From an uncultured bacterium (GTDB lineage: Bacteria; Babelota; Babeliae; Babelales; Vermiphilaceae): 64,000 bases of DNA. The notes under the pieces were generated by a model. That model did no database searches, was not told the origin of the DNA, and saw only the letters and a list, made by a program, of their open reading frames with translations. Of the stretch, positions 63,269-64,000 are shown in pieces. The stretch spans positions 800,001-864,000 of the forward strand of contig OY969699.1 in NCBI GenBank assembly GCA_963702025.1. Direction: 5' to 3'. The position numbers were made by a program, and so were the translations under genes. Every line of letters begins with the position of its first letter. Positions within the stretch are counted from its first letter, which is position 1.

Positions 63269-63519
63269 AGCTGTTGCATCGGATCCATTAATCGATTGGG
63301 TAATTTTTTTATATTACTCACCAAGTGATTTTTTTCAAAATAGCGCATCAAATCCAAAAATTCCTGTTCTCGTGCCGGCGTCACATAAAATTCAAAAAGA
63401 TTTGTATGCGAATCAAGGGTGCGGTCAAAGGCGAGATGTTCATAACTTTTTAAAATGGCAACCACATACCAACAAAATGTTTTATCAACATACGAATGAT
63501 AGTAAGGACAATAATTCAT
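63265..63519 (-). CDS. Small conserved hypothetical protein (DUF4911-like)
   Basis: ILKSYEHLAFDRTLD pattern; family assignment from recall only. Confidence 0.55.
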   Translation of the reverse strand: MNYCPYYHSYVDKTFCWYVVAILKSYEHLAFDRTLDSHTNLFEFYVTPAREQEFLDLMRYFEKNHLVSNIKKLPNRLMDPMQQL

Positions 63520-63607
63520 ATAAAGCTCATTTTTGGGATTTGACGAGTTCTGCGCAAAGGTGCTATACCTATCAACATAATGATATCAAAATTAAAAGGA
63601 TAGAGAA

Positions 63608-64000
63608 ATGTCGGTAGTAAAAAAGCAACACGTGGTCATCATTATACTTAATATCCTTGCCGGTATATGCTCCAATACGCTGTATGCTCAATGGCCAACC
63701 AATACCCGCAATGATCCATTTAAAGTTTTTAGTGCTGTCCAACCCCATTACTTCTTAGAAGAGCGAGAAAAACAACTGCTCTTTGGCATGGCAGATGAAA
63801 AAGGGTCGCCTGAACGGGTTATGATCGCCCTTTCGCCCTTCGGTCAAAATGCGGATACCGCTAAAACGTTGGCCGGGCATTATACATCGATTGGCACCCT
63901 AGGTGTGCCAAACATACAAAATCCCGTCGCCAATGCTACCCTGGGATGCAATCAAGTTTATTGTAGCATAGTTCCTCCCACGCCTAACTGTAATCTCTGT
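63608..64000 (+). CDS. Secreted hypothetical protein, truncated by window end
   Basis: MSVVKKQHVVIIILNILAGICSNTLYA|QWP..., open to 64000. Confidence 0.7.
   Translation, partial: MSVVKKQHVVIIILNILAGICSNTLYAQWPTNTRNDPFKVFSAVQPHYFLEEREKQLLFGMADEKGSPERVMIALSPFGQNADTAKTLAGHYTSIGTLGVPNIQNPVANATLGCNQVYCSIVPPTPNCNLC

Overview
AT-rich bacterial chromosomal window. Gene content (many orphan signal-peptide proteins, ankyrin/LRR proteins, Suf, Pot, split GspE/PilB) suggests an obligate intracellular bacterium of protists, most plausibly Candidatus Dependentiae/Babeliae; this placement is inference only. Housekeeping genes include sod, glmS, rpsI, a dksA-like gene, tadA, gyrB, tilS, dnaJ, sufCBDS/sufU, hup, lepB, metG, potABCD and gltX, plus tRNA-Thr(CGT), -Leu(TAA) and -Cys(GCA). 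There are two complete IS elements with TIRs and TSDs, umuDC and an MNT-HEPN toxin-antitoxin pair. Most notable: (1) a five-gene tandem array of secreted modular proteins mixing BTB/Skp1-like, LRR, an unnamed Cys/His domain and C-terminal SOCS/BC-box-like tails, with a recent duplication across a gene boundary (candidate host Cullin-RING ligase hijacking effectors); (2) 13 secreted proteins with Met, mostly Met-Glu/Asp, immediately after the signal peptide; (3) a family of REP-like hairpins with covarying stems, tandem G.A mismatches and c-GNA-g loops that nest in each other, start inside the CCA of all three tRNA genes and sit in-frame in a protease gene; (4) a catalytically dead, pre-shortened UmuD; (5) a B3/4 editing domain apparently fused to a lysyl-tRNA synthetase; (6) a start-less toxin-tip-like ORF followed by an immunity-like gene.
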